This document shows positions 41,144 to 51,289 of a stretch of 64,000 nucleotides of DNA, one piece after another. The notes under the pieces were generated by a model that searched no databases, was not told the origin of the DNA, and worked only from the letters and a program-made list of their open reading frames with translations. Location of the stretch: positions 359,666-423,665 of the forward strand of contig JAHDYR010000062.1 of NCBI GenBank assembly GCA_019828565.1, read 5' to 3'. Position numbers and translations under genes: made by a program. This DNA comes from Carpediemonas membranifera BICM. Lineage: Eukaryota; Protista; Fornicata. Every line of letters begins with the position of its first letter. Within the stretch, counting starts at the first letter, position 1.

Positions 41144-44100
41144 TCAGCCCCACACGGCCCCAGTCTTGTCCCCTGCCCCCAGTGGCGCAATCCTCCCCCG
41201 CCCCTTCGCAGCGTCCCTCGCCGACGGCACACGCTTGGTCATAGGCGAGAACTGCTTGCCCTCTGCACCCTTGACGTGCAGCGGCCTAGTGGAGGCGAGC
41301 ACGGCTTCGTACGAAGAGCGTGAGGGGTCCTCGTACGCACCGGTGAAGATGGTAAGAGGTGGCCGCTCTGATCGGTCCGGCATGGTCCGCAGCCTGACTT
41401 GATCGGGGTCGACTACGATCTTTCGCCGCCACTCCTCCTTCTCCTTGAGCCGCAAAGCCTCGATCTCCTTGGCGCCCTGGGGCCCTGGAAGATGGACCGA
41501 CTTGAGGAACTCGGGTGAGTTCTCAAACATGCCTGGCTGGTCGAGGGCAAGAGTGAACTTGGCGCGGCCGTCGGTCATTTCTTCCCTGGTGATCGGCATC
41601 TGCAACGAGAGCGCGGCCTCTTCATCCCACGGCGTCTGCAGCTCGTCTGCCCGGCTCTGTGAGACGCCAGTCTCGTGCTTGGGAACGATGGTGGTGTTGA
41701 AGCCCTCTTTCGTGCGCCAGGCACTCTTCTCGTCACGGCTGTCGCCCCTAGCAACTGTGACCTGACCGACTGTATCAATTGCACCAGAAGTATATTCCTT
41801 GGAGTATCCCAGAGTGACATGCTTCGCTTGGGCGATCCTCTCGAGCTTCTGGCGGTGGTACTGGCTGTAGTTCAAGGCCTGTGATGAATAGTTGAACGTA
41901 CCCTGCGGGTGCTCTGGGAGCTTGTCCATAAGCGGCTCCTTGGGCGGCCGGCTGGCTTGCACACTGAGGCTCATATTCAACACGGCGTCCTTGTTCTTAG
42001 CAATGAAGTCTCGCCCGGCACTGTCCATCCGACGAGTCTTCTGAAGGTCTACAAACTTGGGGTTGGAGTTGTCAATACGGGGCGCGTGCTCGGCTGACTG
42101 CTTCTTGATACCGTGGTTGGCTAGTCGGGCAAGGTCATTGGGGACCAAGCTCCGAGAGTCCGTGGCCTCGGACACTTCAAAGTCGATGAGGGCATGGCCA
42201 CGCTCGTTCTTACCGAGCATGCCGGCAAACGCCTTCTGGAGGGCTTCGACGCCGGTGGGGGTGGGGAGAAGTTGGCGACTTAGCACATCGGATAAATACG
42301 TTGCGGTTGTCACAATCTGGACAAACTTGTCAAGCGCAGTCAGTGCGTCCTTTGGTACCTTGTGGCACGTCGTCCACGTCTTGGGCTGGGCGGCGAGCTT
42401 GAGCAGTGGTGCTGATAGTCGGAAATGGACCAGAGAAAGCGGCATATCAGGCCAATGTCGCGTGGGAAACACGGCGGTCGGGTTCCTGAGCAGCTTGTTC
42501 TTACCTGTGACCGCAGGGAGGATGGAGTCCAATATCCCACTGTTAACGGGAGCTTCGAGTAAGAACAAGTCGAATTTGTGGTCACACAGGTGAAGTCCAG
42601 TTACGACAGATACAGTGGGATCGTGCTTGACGTCCTCAGCAAGCGTGCGGAGAGAGAGTGAGGCGAACGCGTCTGAGGCATGCATGTCTCTTAAGGGGTC
42701 GCGGGCCTCTTCCTCGCGGGCCTCGGCCTCTTCTGTCCCCTCGCGCTCGGCAATCATTGCTTCTTTCGCCTCGAAGTCGTCCTTGGCAGTCTGGAGGGCA
42801 TCTGGTTCGTCGGCGACGGGCTCGGCCTTCTTGGCTCCCTTGCCCTTGGGCTTTCCCTTCGGCTTCTTATTATCAGCTTGGAGTGCGGCGATGTGTTCCT
42901 CGTGTGCCGCCAGCCTCTTCTCCCGCGCCTCTTTTCTCTCCTGCTCCCTTGCGATGCGGTTGCTGTACACGATGTTGGCAGTGACCACCTTCTCGCTGAT
43001 ATCGGTTACTGCGTCCACGGACGGCTCAAGTACAAGCACTGTCACCTCGAACCCACGCCTCGGTTCTTCTATACGAATTTCTTCAACCCCCTCAGCTACC
43101 TCCTCCTCCTCAGCTACAATCTCAGGCGGCTCAGTCCGAGGCAGCGTCATCCCCAGGCCGACCCTGACCTTCACTGTAGTGCCGCATGGTGAGTACGCGG
43201 CCTTGGCGTACAGCTGGGCGGGATCTGACCGGAAATTCCGACACCCGTGGCCGATCTCCGTATCAGCGCGGGCAAAGAAAGAGTCGATCGCCGGCTTGGC
43301 TCTGCTGTCAGCTGTAGGCCGCGCTTGAACCACTGGAGCGGTGACTGAGAGCGTCCTTGACCCTCTGATGAGCTCAACCAGGTCGATCTGTGCACACCCG
43401 TGAGGATACTTCATGAGCTCCTCAAGATCGGGGTTATCGCCCAGGTCAGCCTCCTTAGGGATCCGGTCGAACACACTGATCGTGGCCGGGACGTCCGCGA
43501 GCTCAGTCCACACGCGATGCAGCCGGTCTGGACTGACCATCATCGTACAAGAGAGGCGGGCGGGGACGGCGGGGCCAGAAGGCGTCTTCACTACCTTACG
43601 GGAGAGCGCTGGAGACATAAAGTGTTTCCCGAATATAGTCAGCGCCACTCTGGCTGGTGCGAACCATCTGTTTGTAGCGTCTGATCCATCGATGGGCACG
43701 TCACCCTCTGGTGTTGGCACGGGCAGGTTAGTGATGTTACACACTTCAAAGAGGAAGGGGTTGACTGACTCAAGCGTCTCCTTGGGCACAGTGGGGCCCG
43801 AGGTTGACACTCTGACCGCCATCTCCACGCCGCTGGTTATAAATGTCTGCTTGACGGCGAATGAGACAAGGAGGGGAGAGATGTCCAGGTCGAGCGAGAC
43901 GGTCCCCTCGGCGTCTGGCTTGGCGACTGTCGTAGGGCGCGAGTTCTTGCCCTTCTTATCGGCTTTCCCCTTCTTCGCGGTGCCCGAGGGAGTTGGCGCG
44001 CGCTTCTGCAGCGATTCGAGGGAATCAGCCTGAGAAACCTTCAAGCTAGCGTGTGTCTGAGCAATATCGTTCACCACATCCTCGTTAATCTCAAGTTCCG

Positions 44101-44242
44101 CTGTGAAACTAACGTCGAACGCTGTGCTGCCGTCAATGGGTTCGGACGAGGCAAAAACATCGCAGAACGCGAATGATAGGATAAATGGTTTCGCTTCTGG
44201 CTCCACGGGCTTCCCCTTGGCATGGATTGTTAGTAGAACCAT
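41144..44242 (-). CDS. CFAP92: Cilia/flagella-associated protein CFAP92-like
   Basis: FNYSSQALN...GYSKEYTSG...AWRTKEGF and RADELQTPW resemble the CFAP92 C-terminal region; YPHGCAQIDL..L C2-like segment. Confidence 0.68.
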   Translation of the reverse strand: MVLLTIHAKGKPVEPEAKPFILSFAFCDVFASSEPIDGSTAFDVSFTAELEINEDVVNDIAQTHASLKVSQADSLESLQKRAPTPSGTAKKGKADKKGKNSRPTTVAKPDAEGTVSLDLDISPLLVSFAVKQTFITSGVEMAVRVSTSGPTVPKETLESVNPFLFEVCNITNLPVPTPEGDVPIDGSDATNRWFAPARVALTIFGKHFMSPALSRKVVKTPSGPAVPARLSCTMMVSPDRLHRVWTELADVPATISVFDRIPKEADLGDNPDLEELMKYPHGCAQIDLVELIRGSRTLSVTAPVVQARPTADSRAKPAIDSFFARADTEIGHGCRNFRSDPAQLYAKAAYSPCGTTVKVRVGLGMTLPRTEPPEIVAEEEEVAEGVEEIRIEEPRRGFEVTVLVLEPSVDAVTDISEKVVTANIVYSNRIAREQERKEAREKRLAAHEEHIAALQADNKKPKGKPKGKGAKKAEPVADEPDALQTAKDDFEAKEAMIAEREGTEEAEAREEEARDPLRDMHASDAFASLSLRTLAEDVKHDPTVSVVTGLHLCDHKFDLFLLEAPVNSGILDSILPAVTGKNKLLRNPTAVFPTRHWPDMPLSLVHFRLSAPLLKLAAQPKTWTTCHKVPKDALTALDKFVQIVTTATYLSDVLSRQLLPTPTGVEALQKAFAGMLGKNERGHALIDFEVSEATDSRSLVPNDLARLANHGIKKQSAEHAPRIDNSNPKFVDLQKTRRMDSAGRDFIAKNKDAVLNMSLSVQASRPPKEPLMDKLPEHPQGTFNYSSQALNYSQYHRQKLERIAQAKHVTLGYSKEYTSGAIDTVGQVTVARGDSRDEKSAWRTKEGFNTTIVPKHETGVSQSRADELQTPWDEEAALSLQMPITREEMTDGRAKFTLALDQPGMFENSPEFLKSVHLPGPQGAKEIEALRLKEKEEWRRKIVVDPDQVRLRTMPDRSERPPLTIFTGAYEDPSRSSYEAVLASTRPLHVKGAEGKQFSPMTKRVPSARDAAKGRGRIAPLGAGDKTGAVWG

Positions 44243-44496
44243 CACGACGAAGTTTTTGGGACCAGAAGTTACGACAGACTCAACCGGCCGCAAGGTCGGG
44301 ACAGTGGTCCTGCCGTGAATACAGCTACAGCACTACATAGGCAGGGCACTCGCGGCGTCGACCTCAGTGTGAATGGACCTATTGGCCAGCCGCCCGCAGC
44401 AGGACTGTTGAATTCATAGCACTAGCGAGACAAACAATCAGATAGCGCATGCGGCTGAGCCTCACTCCGTTCGAGTATTTACATGTTACATGGGTC

Positions 44497-44892
44497 CTAG
44501 AGGCCGGCCATGGCTGCATTGAAGGCGGTGTCTATCTTGGCCAGCAGGTAGTGCGATCCGCCGTTGGCAGGGTCGTTGAGCTCCCGGTGCTTGTTGAACG
44601 CCGCTCTGATCTCGTCCTTGGTGTATTCGGTATCAGGATCGAGCGCAAGGACCTTGAGCGCAGTTGGAAACGCCATGGGGCGCGATGATATGTGTAGCTT
44701 CTCAGGAATGCCCTTCACTTGTGCGTAGTAAGCCTGGGATACGCCAAGTGTCTGTGCCTTGAGGTGTACGAGGTCTGTGTGAGCACCGGTGGCCTCTTAG
44801 CAAAGGGGCAAGTACTAACTATGTTTCAAAGACTGTGTGGCATCCTTAAGGGACTGTGAGGATGCGGCAATAACACTGTTCACCAAATTCAT
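44497..44892 (-). CDS. PAM16: Pam16/Tim16-like J-like protein; exons 44892-44820 and 44774-44497
   Basis: ALKVLAL...NDPANGGSHYLLAKI (no HPD, so Pam16 rather than Pam18); spliced product about 116 aa. Confidence 0.75.
44775..44819 (-). other. Spliceosomal intron (45 nt) in Pam16
   Basis: GTTAGT...GCTCACACAG; restores frame. Confidence 0.75.
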
Positions 44893-46141
44893 CACGATCG
44901 CTAACCTGCACCAGGTCCAAATGAAGTCTGCTATAGACGATTGAGAGTTACTTTACTGCTTGCACTGTGCACTCTATGATACTTCACCAAACACCCAGAC
45001 CAGATTCGAAGAGTCGGCCATGAGAAGACCAGCAGATGGCTCAATACTGTGCAATGACACCGCACACGCTGCTATGCGAAGTGACTCGCCCTCCGCGTTG
45101 GGACGGAGCGGAGCACCCGACTCGAGTCAACGCCAGTCCTCGGGGAAACGGGTAGGAGCGGGGAGCTATCTCACAGCCGGTTGGGTCAGCTGGGCCATAC
45201 AGACCAGCGATGCCTCTGCTCAGGTTAATGTGTCAAAGTGTTGTGACCACGTATCATGTTAGGTAACAAAAGATCTGAAGTCGAGACCTGTCCCCGCGAC
45301 CATCCTCCAATGCCACAAGTTCACTCGAAGATCTTGACAAAGGTTATTCGATAGTCTCAACCCTTCCCCCAAAAGTCACCCCGTGGTGATAAACTGAGAA
45401 CGGCCGGCACAAGTCCGTCATCTCGCTGGTGAAGTTGCGCCGATTAATGCTGACAGTAAAGAACTAGTTGCCTCCCTGAGCAATCATTGGCATCATCACT
45501 GTATATTGAGCTTCTTTAATAACCTGCACATTCGCGGGCTTAAGCTGCACATTTGTCACAGTTCCTGCCACAATGGCATATGCCCCAGATGCAGTTTTTT
45601 GTTTTGTGCAGAACAATCGCCGACTGGAAACAGCACAATAGGATGGGACCACACAATACGGATCATTCTGTAGCCTGCACTTGAATCATCATCTCCACTC
45701 TTACTGTCCAGCAGCACAATTGCAGCCATGTTGCGAGTTTGACAAGCCAGCCTATGTATCGAACAGCGGCTGCTTCTATGACTTGTACAAGATGGTGACT
45801 GGTGGCGGGAGACAAGCCCAACTGTTGCGCCCGACTCCAAGCGTCCCAGATTACTAACATGACCGGGATGCCCTCAGCGATCATCCCCAGATAAACTATT
45901 TGCCGCTATTCATGGAGCGGGTGGGCACGAGATAGCTCTAATCGTCCTGGTTTGTGGTCAGGTCGGCCCACAGGTATCGGACATTCTTGCGATTCATAAA
46001 GGACAGAAAGAACTCGCAATGCGGCTGCGGATAGAGACAGCTGGTGCTAGAAGACCCCAAACATTACTCGGCTCAGGAACTGCCGTCGCCGATGGGCGCT
46101 TCCAACAGTTTTCAAATTCACAATCCGCGCACTTTAGTACC

Positions 46142-46637
46142 TTAGAACACCATGTCGTGGGGGCGGTCACCCTTCTTGAGGGAGAACTTAGCCTTCATGT
46201 AAGCCTTCATGGAGTCAACCTTCTTGATCTCAGCAAGGAGGGTAGCATCGAGGGTCTTCTGGGTCTCAGCGAGAGCGGGGAGGACGGTCTCAGAGTGCTT
46301 GAACCACTCCTCAGAGATGTTGGACAGGTCGACCTTGGAGACATCGATGGTGGTGGAGGTGCCGATGACGTAGCGCTGGTTAACGCGGCGAAGAGGGACA
46401 CCGTTGACCTTGTGGGGGCCAGTGACGAGGAGAAGACCAGAATCGAGCTGCTTGAGGAAAACAGCGCGGGAACCAGCGTAGCGACCCGCAAGAAGGATCA
46501 CGATGGAACCGGGAACGAGGTTCTTCTTAAGAACAGTGCCCTTCTTGTTAGCCTTGTAGGAAACCTGTATAACAACTATAAGTACTACATACAAGAGGCT
46601 TGGGAATACGCTCGGGAGCAGCGTTGCGGACGTCCAT
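46142..46637 (-). CDS. RPL6: 60S ribosomal protein L6 (eL6); exons 46637-46593 and 46564-46142; alternative in-frame ATG at 46667
   Basis: PGSIVILLAGRYAGSRAVFLKQL, LLVTGPHKVNGVPLRRVNQRYVI, PHDMVF. Confidence 0.95.
46565..46592 (-). other. Spliceosomal intron (28 nt) in RPL6
   Basis: GTATGT...GTTATACAG. Confidence 0.85.
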
Positions 46638-46769
46638 GATGATTTTCTCGTTCTCAGCTTTTTTCATGCAAAGTTGTCGGGCGCTTGCAAGGACCAATTG
46701 ATCGGCTTAACCTGGAATTTACAGTCCTATGCGCGTCTCATGCCTGGCATGCGTGTTGCTGTCGTCTTT

Positions 46770-47177
46770 TTAAACGAACGACAGGTTGAACACATCGTTC
46801 AGAATAAACCACTGGCCGTTGGCGTTGTTGAGGGTGAAAACCTGGGAGAACATCAGAGGGTGATCGGAATCATCATCAGCAATGAGCTGGCCAGAGACAA
46901 CGACGAGCATGCCGTTGTTGAAGGTGGGTTGAACTTGGATGTTCAGGCCGGCAATATCGTGAGCAATCTTGCGGAAAGAAAGTGAGTTGAGCTTCTTCAT
47001 GATCGCCTCGGGGCCTTGGGCTCTATCACCAGAGAAGGTGAGCATCGCATCGGGCTGCTGCGTAAAACGAGGTCAAAAAGAACAAACATAGAGGCTAAGG
47101 AGGTCGGAACGGTTAGTATCGAACTTTTCGTAGTAATACTTCACGAATGCAGTGGCAACTTGGTTGAGTTCGTCCAT
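46770..47177 (-). CDS. NTF2: Nuclear transport factor 2; exons 47177-47088 and 47057-46770
   Basis: AFVKYYYEKFD..R..L..LY, MLTF, VVVSGQL, FSQVFTL, WFILNDVF. Confidence 0.93.
47058..47087 (-). other. Spliceosomal intron (30 nt) in NTF2
   Basis: GTTTGT...TTTACGCAG; contains an in-frame TGA. Confidence 0.88.
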
Positions 47178-47413
47178 CTTTGTCGAAGCAATGCGATCGA
47201 TGCGCTGAGACGACTCGAGAAGTAACTCAGGCCGATGCTGCCAAATACGAGCATGTACAGCCTCCATGCTGGGTGTACGCCTGTACTACTACATCCATAG
47301 ACGTAGTCTACGATTTTCCGCAAGATGCTCCGACGCTCGCCGACAATTTCTGGCAAAACAAAGAACGGTGCTTTAAATGTGCAAACAGGTTGAAGAAGTC
47401 AGCATGTACGTAA

Positions 47414-47449
47414 TATAGTATAGTATAGTATAGTTACTACTACTACTAC
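47414..47449. repeat. Compound microsatellite (TATAG)4 then (TAC)5
   Basis: Directly visible in the sequence. Confidence 0.9.
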
Positions 47450-47472
47450 GACCATGCCACCCATGCTCCACG

Positions 47473-48429
47473 TCACTCCAACTCACCCCCTGTCGCCTCC
47501 TTCGCCGCATCCTCCATAAACTTCGACTTATCCCGCGCCCTGAACCGGAGCTTGTTCATCCTCACCGTGTCCTCGTATTGAGCTGGACCGGCCTCGCCGA
47601 CAGCAGTCGCCGGCCTTGGCTTCGCTACGATCGAAAAGGGGGACTGAGAAACACCGCATACTCGCCTAATCATTTGATCAGCAACCATGACCCGCATGTG
47701 CCGGTCCCCTAGGTCCTTGAGGACATCGGTCGTCACGTCAGCCATGGGCCTGATGCACTTGGCGTAGAGGCTCCTATACATCGAGTCGAATACCCGTTTC
47801 CTGGCCTCGGCTGAATCAATAAACGGTGGAGGCGCAGTTTTTTCGACTTTTCTGCTCTCTATCTTGAGTGTGTTGCTGATAACCGCGGCAGAGAAGCCGG
47901 CACGGGACAAGCGCTCGGTCTGGAAGGGCGACTCCCGCTTGGACTTCAGCGATGACTGCAGATGGTTCTTAGCCCGAGGCTCCTGTTGTGGGCTCGGCAG
48001 GAACGGAGCCGCGGGAAGCTCATCGATGGACGCAGGCGAGTGTGTTTTGACGTAGATCTCTATTGCCTCCTTTGTGGCCTTAATGAAGCTAGCCCGACCT
48101 GCTTCAGTCATCCTCACGCGACTAATAAGCAATTCTGGCCGATCGCCGCGCGTCGACCAGGTGAGGGTGAACGCCGGGGTGGCGGCAAACTTCTGGAACT
48201 GCTGGAGCCGCTTCCTCGAAAGAATGATACCGCGGTTGATCTTCAGACCAGCTATTACCGCTGAAAGCGGTGTGGGCCGGTCAGTCTCGCCCAGATAGTC
48301 GTCTACGGTCTTATAAACGCCCATCAGGGCATGCTCTGCTCCAAGTAACGACTTACTATCCTTTTGAAGCTGTGCAGTATCCTTTAGAGACTGTGGAGAC
48401 ACACGGATGGCGTAGTTGAGGATGCTCAT
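47473..48429 (-). CDS. Possible highly divergent Cdt1-like replication licensing factor
   Basis: N-half pattern L..VYKTVD..L..PT.L..V...RLQQF...FTLTW..ELLI..R..F...IDELPAAPFLPSP follows the Cdt1 middle winged-helix domain; start taken at MSILNY. Confidence 0.5.
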   Translation of the reverse strand: MSILNYAIRVSPQSLKDTAQLQKDSKSLLGAEHALMGVYKTVDDYLGETDRPTPLSAVIAGLKINRGIILSRKRLQQFQKFAATPAFTLTWSTRGDRPELLISRVRMTEAGRASFIKATKEAIEIYVKTHSPASIDELPAAPFLPSPQQEPRAKNHLQSSLKSKRESPFQTERLSRAGFSAAVISNTLKIESRKVEKTAPPPFIDSAEARKRVFDSMYRSLYAKCIRPMADVTTDVLKDLGDRHMRVMVADQMIRRVCGVSQSPFSIVAKPRPATAVGEAGPAQYEDTVRMNKLRFRARDKSKFMEDAAKEATGGELE

Positions 48430-48788
48430 CGCGGTTCTGAGACATAAACTGCACGTCTCCAGACAAGCCGGTGGACAACGATAGAGGCCAGCGCCCACCT
48501 GCACATAGCATGATTCTGCAAAGTCTAAGTCGAAGTTCACAGCGTTTTATTCCTCTCGGAGTATTGCCTCGGCCAGCCACGGATGGTCGAATCTTTCTTC
48601 AGCGACTTGATGCAGGTGGGCTGGTTGTGCAACGACAGCAGACATCCCTCAAGGGCATCACGCTGGGCCCACACAATTCTGTCGCTGTGGAGTTGTGAAG
48701 CCACAATACCTCAGAGCAACCGAACGGCGCTCCTCCAAACAACACTTTCTCGTCTTTAAACACTCCCTTGTTCTACCTGAGTACGAAT

Positions 48789-49096
48789 TTATGCGCTCTT
48801 GACGCGGAACTCGCAGCCCTGTGTGAAACAACCGAAACGAACAAACCTTGCCAAGCTTGGCCTTGCCGCCAGCGGGAGTAGCGATGAGGAAACCGCACTC
48901 GGGGCAAGCAACGGGGGTAGTGGCGTGGGAGAACACGGTAGTGCTTCGTAAGCCTCTAAACGAACAAAACAAACATCTCGATGCAGTGAGGGCACTTCAC
49001 GTCCATGAAGTAGCTGTTAGGAGACTGAACGAGCCTCTTAAGCTTGTGAGCGTTCTTCTCAGAAGCCTCAGTAGGGCGGAGGAGGTCGTAGGCCAT
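48789..49096 (-). CDS. RPS27: 40S ribosomal protein S27 (eS27); exons 49096-48975, 48943-48847, 48818-48789
   Basis: [37 protein letters not shown]...[13 protein letters not shown] after removing two introns. Confidence 0.96.
48819..48846 (-). other. Spliceosomal intron 2 (28 nt) in RPS27
   Basis: GTTTGT...TTCACACAG. Confidence 0.92.
48944..48974 (-). other. Spliceosomal intron 1 (31 nt) in RPS27
   Basis: GTTTGT...GCTTACGAAG. Confidence 0.92.
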
Positions 49097-49581
49097 GTCG
49101 CTGCTGTTGCTCTCGAAAGGCTTGAAGGTGAAACCGGGAAGCTGGCAAAAGTGGATAAAACTTTATTTCATGCGCAATAGTGGCAAATATCGCGGCAAGT
49201 AGCTATAGTGGTATCCAGTCATGCCCATTGTATGTGTGTTCATTGATCAGAATTTCCAGGGCGGCTCTCAAATCGACTCCGCAGTTTAGCCCAGGACATA
49301 TCCATGAACAAAGGCCTACTGATGGCAGTAGCCAAGCCAAAGATTGGATACAAAGCATGCATGCGCTCTCGCGTTAGGTCGTGTGTTAGTAGGCTATGCG
49401 GATGTTGACCCAAGCATATTGGGTGATGATCTCGCCACTCTACCCTTGTCATGACGATCATTGCGACCATGCTTTGCTGATGCCTTTTCAGTCTCAGTGT
49501 AGCAATCATTCCAATCCACACCAATATGCCACGATAGCCCGTCCACGACAGACGACAAGCCCACAACGCCTACACAAACCT

Positions 49582-50199
49582 CTACATGTTTAACTTAGCC
49601 AACTTAAATACATCCTTGTTCTCAGTAGCCTCGATAGACGCCAGGGCGTCAGTCACAGCCTGGTGCATCCTGTGGAATGAATCAACGCTGTACTCATGCG
49701 TGACACTCTCGCCGTCCTCCAGCTTGAGCTCTACAGTGACAGATGGCCGCATGTGCCGCCTCAACTGGGACGATATGAGGCTGATCCCGACTCTGTGTTT
49801 CGAGTCGACGACACGGGGGAAGGTACGCTCCATCTGAAGGGCACGCATCATCCTTGAGCGATATTTCCCCATATGTTGGATGAATGTGTCGGTCTGCTGC
49901 TCTGTGAGCTTCACAGTTGTGATCAGCTCCTCTCTAAGGTTCTTCTTGTTCGTCCGGGCACGAATCGCAAGGAACATCAGGCTATGTACTGCAGCAAACA
50001 GACGAAGGAATGTGTCGCGATCAAGAGTGTGCTCTGTGGAGAAATTATGAATTGTGCTGTCCTCAATGTCCTCATTTGAAGCTATAGTGGTGGCAACAAG
50101 CGAAACGAGATCGCTGAAGCACTCATCAGACATGTCCTTCGGGAGCTTAGTCAACGGTATGATGGAAGGTGGAATTGTTTGTCCAATAAAGCCTTCCAT
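49582..50199 (-). CDS. COMM-domain (COMMD) protein
   Basis: About 200 aa; helical N-domain then PRVVDSKHRVGISLISS...PSVTVELKL...EYSVDSF. Confidence 0.8.
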   Translation of the reverse strand: MEGFIGQTIPPSIIPLTKLPKDMSDECFSDLVSLVATTIASNEDIEDSTIHNFSTEHTLDRDTFLRLFAAVHSLMFLAIRARTNKKNLREELITTVKLTEQQTDTFIQHMGKYRSRMMRALQMERTFPRVVDSKHRVGISLISSQLRRHMRPSVTVELKLEDGESVTHEYSVDSFHRMHQAVTDALASIEATENKDVFKLAKLNM

Positions 50200-50313
50200 T
50201 TCGCCAATTCAGATGTCTTTGTCGTCTTGGCCTTTTCTGACAAAACAACAGCACGAGCATGCTGTAGCGCTAACCGAGAACCCCAACAGACTCATAAACT
50301 CACCATCCCGATT

Positions 50314-51030
50314 CTACCCTTTACCACAGCTCTGGTTCCACCTCTCGACGTTGTCCGTCCCGGTCTCCTGGTCAAACCACCGGACAAACTCGACCATGTG
50401 GTCATGTAGCTCAGTAGCTATAGCCCGTGCCTGGGGAGTTACTAGTGTTTCGTGGAGAGTTAGGAGTTTTTCGGAGAAATGAGCCCGAGCCTCGTAGAAA
50501 GATTGGCCTGATGCAGCTGTATACGCGAAACAACGCGCTATACCTACTGCTCCCATCGCATCTAGTCTATCTGCGTCTCGTACAATGTCCCGGAGTACAC
50601 CAAAGGGCGCGAGCTCCTGGGTAGTAAGCGCCTTCTTCTGCGAAAAGGACATGTTCGTGATAATGAGGGCAACTGCATCAGCGCCTATGTTTCCTATGAC
50701 CTTACTGAGCCTGACCTTGATGCTTTCAAGCACGCTCTGCTTCTTTTCCTCACAATCGACGTACTTGTGGTCGATAGCGTCGTGAATAAGAGAAGCAGAG
50801 ACCACAACGAGCATGCATAGTTCATCGGACCATGCATCATCTTCAACAATTCCGCTGCGCATCGACTGGATGATCTTTGTGGCCTGGGAACACACCCGGA
50901 GTGCATGCTGCACGTCATGGGAACTGTCACGGCCAATAATGTAGTCCGTTGCTATGTACATGATCTCTTTGTACTGTTTCTCGCTGATAATGTACCTACT
51001 GTCCGTATTAACACTGTCGTCCTCGTTCAT
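50314..51030 (-). CDS. HD-superfamily phosphohydrolase (YedJ/YpgQ-like)
   Basis: SHDVQHALRV, LIHDAIDHKY, IVRDADRLDAMGAVGIARCFAY, HFSEKLL. Confidence 0.9.
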   Translation of the reverse strand: MNEDDSVNTDSRYIISEKQYKEIMYIATDYIIGRDSSHDVQHALRVCSQATKIIQSMRSGIVEDDAWSDELCMLVVVSASLIHDAIDHKYVDCEEKKQSVLESIKVRLSKVIGNIGADAVALIITNMSFSQKKALTTQELAPFGVLRDIVRDADRLDAMGAVGIARCFAYTAASGQSFYEARAHFSEKLLTLHETLVTPQARAIATELHDHMVEFVRWFDQETGTDNVERWNQSCGKG

Positions 51031-51289
51031 CTCGGTTTTGCCGAATTAGACACACCATCATCTTCGCCATGGCACGGGCTGTACAGCTCACGGATTCTTG
51101 GTCGGCCGGTCACCGGAATAGGCTGAGGTAGGTGCGTAGCCAGGTATTTATAAAAAGCTCGATTCTCAACAAGAAACGAGGTCCCTCATGTCATGTCCGG
51201 AGCAGGGCACAAAGCACCATGTTCTGTTTATTGGACCCTTCCAAAGACCCCAACTTTTCTCCACTCAACCATCTCTCCCTTTGAATTAC

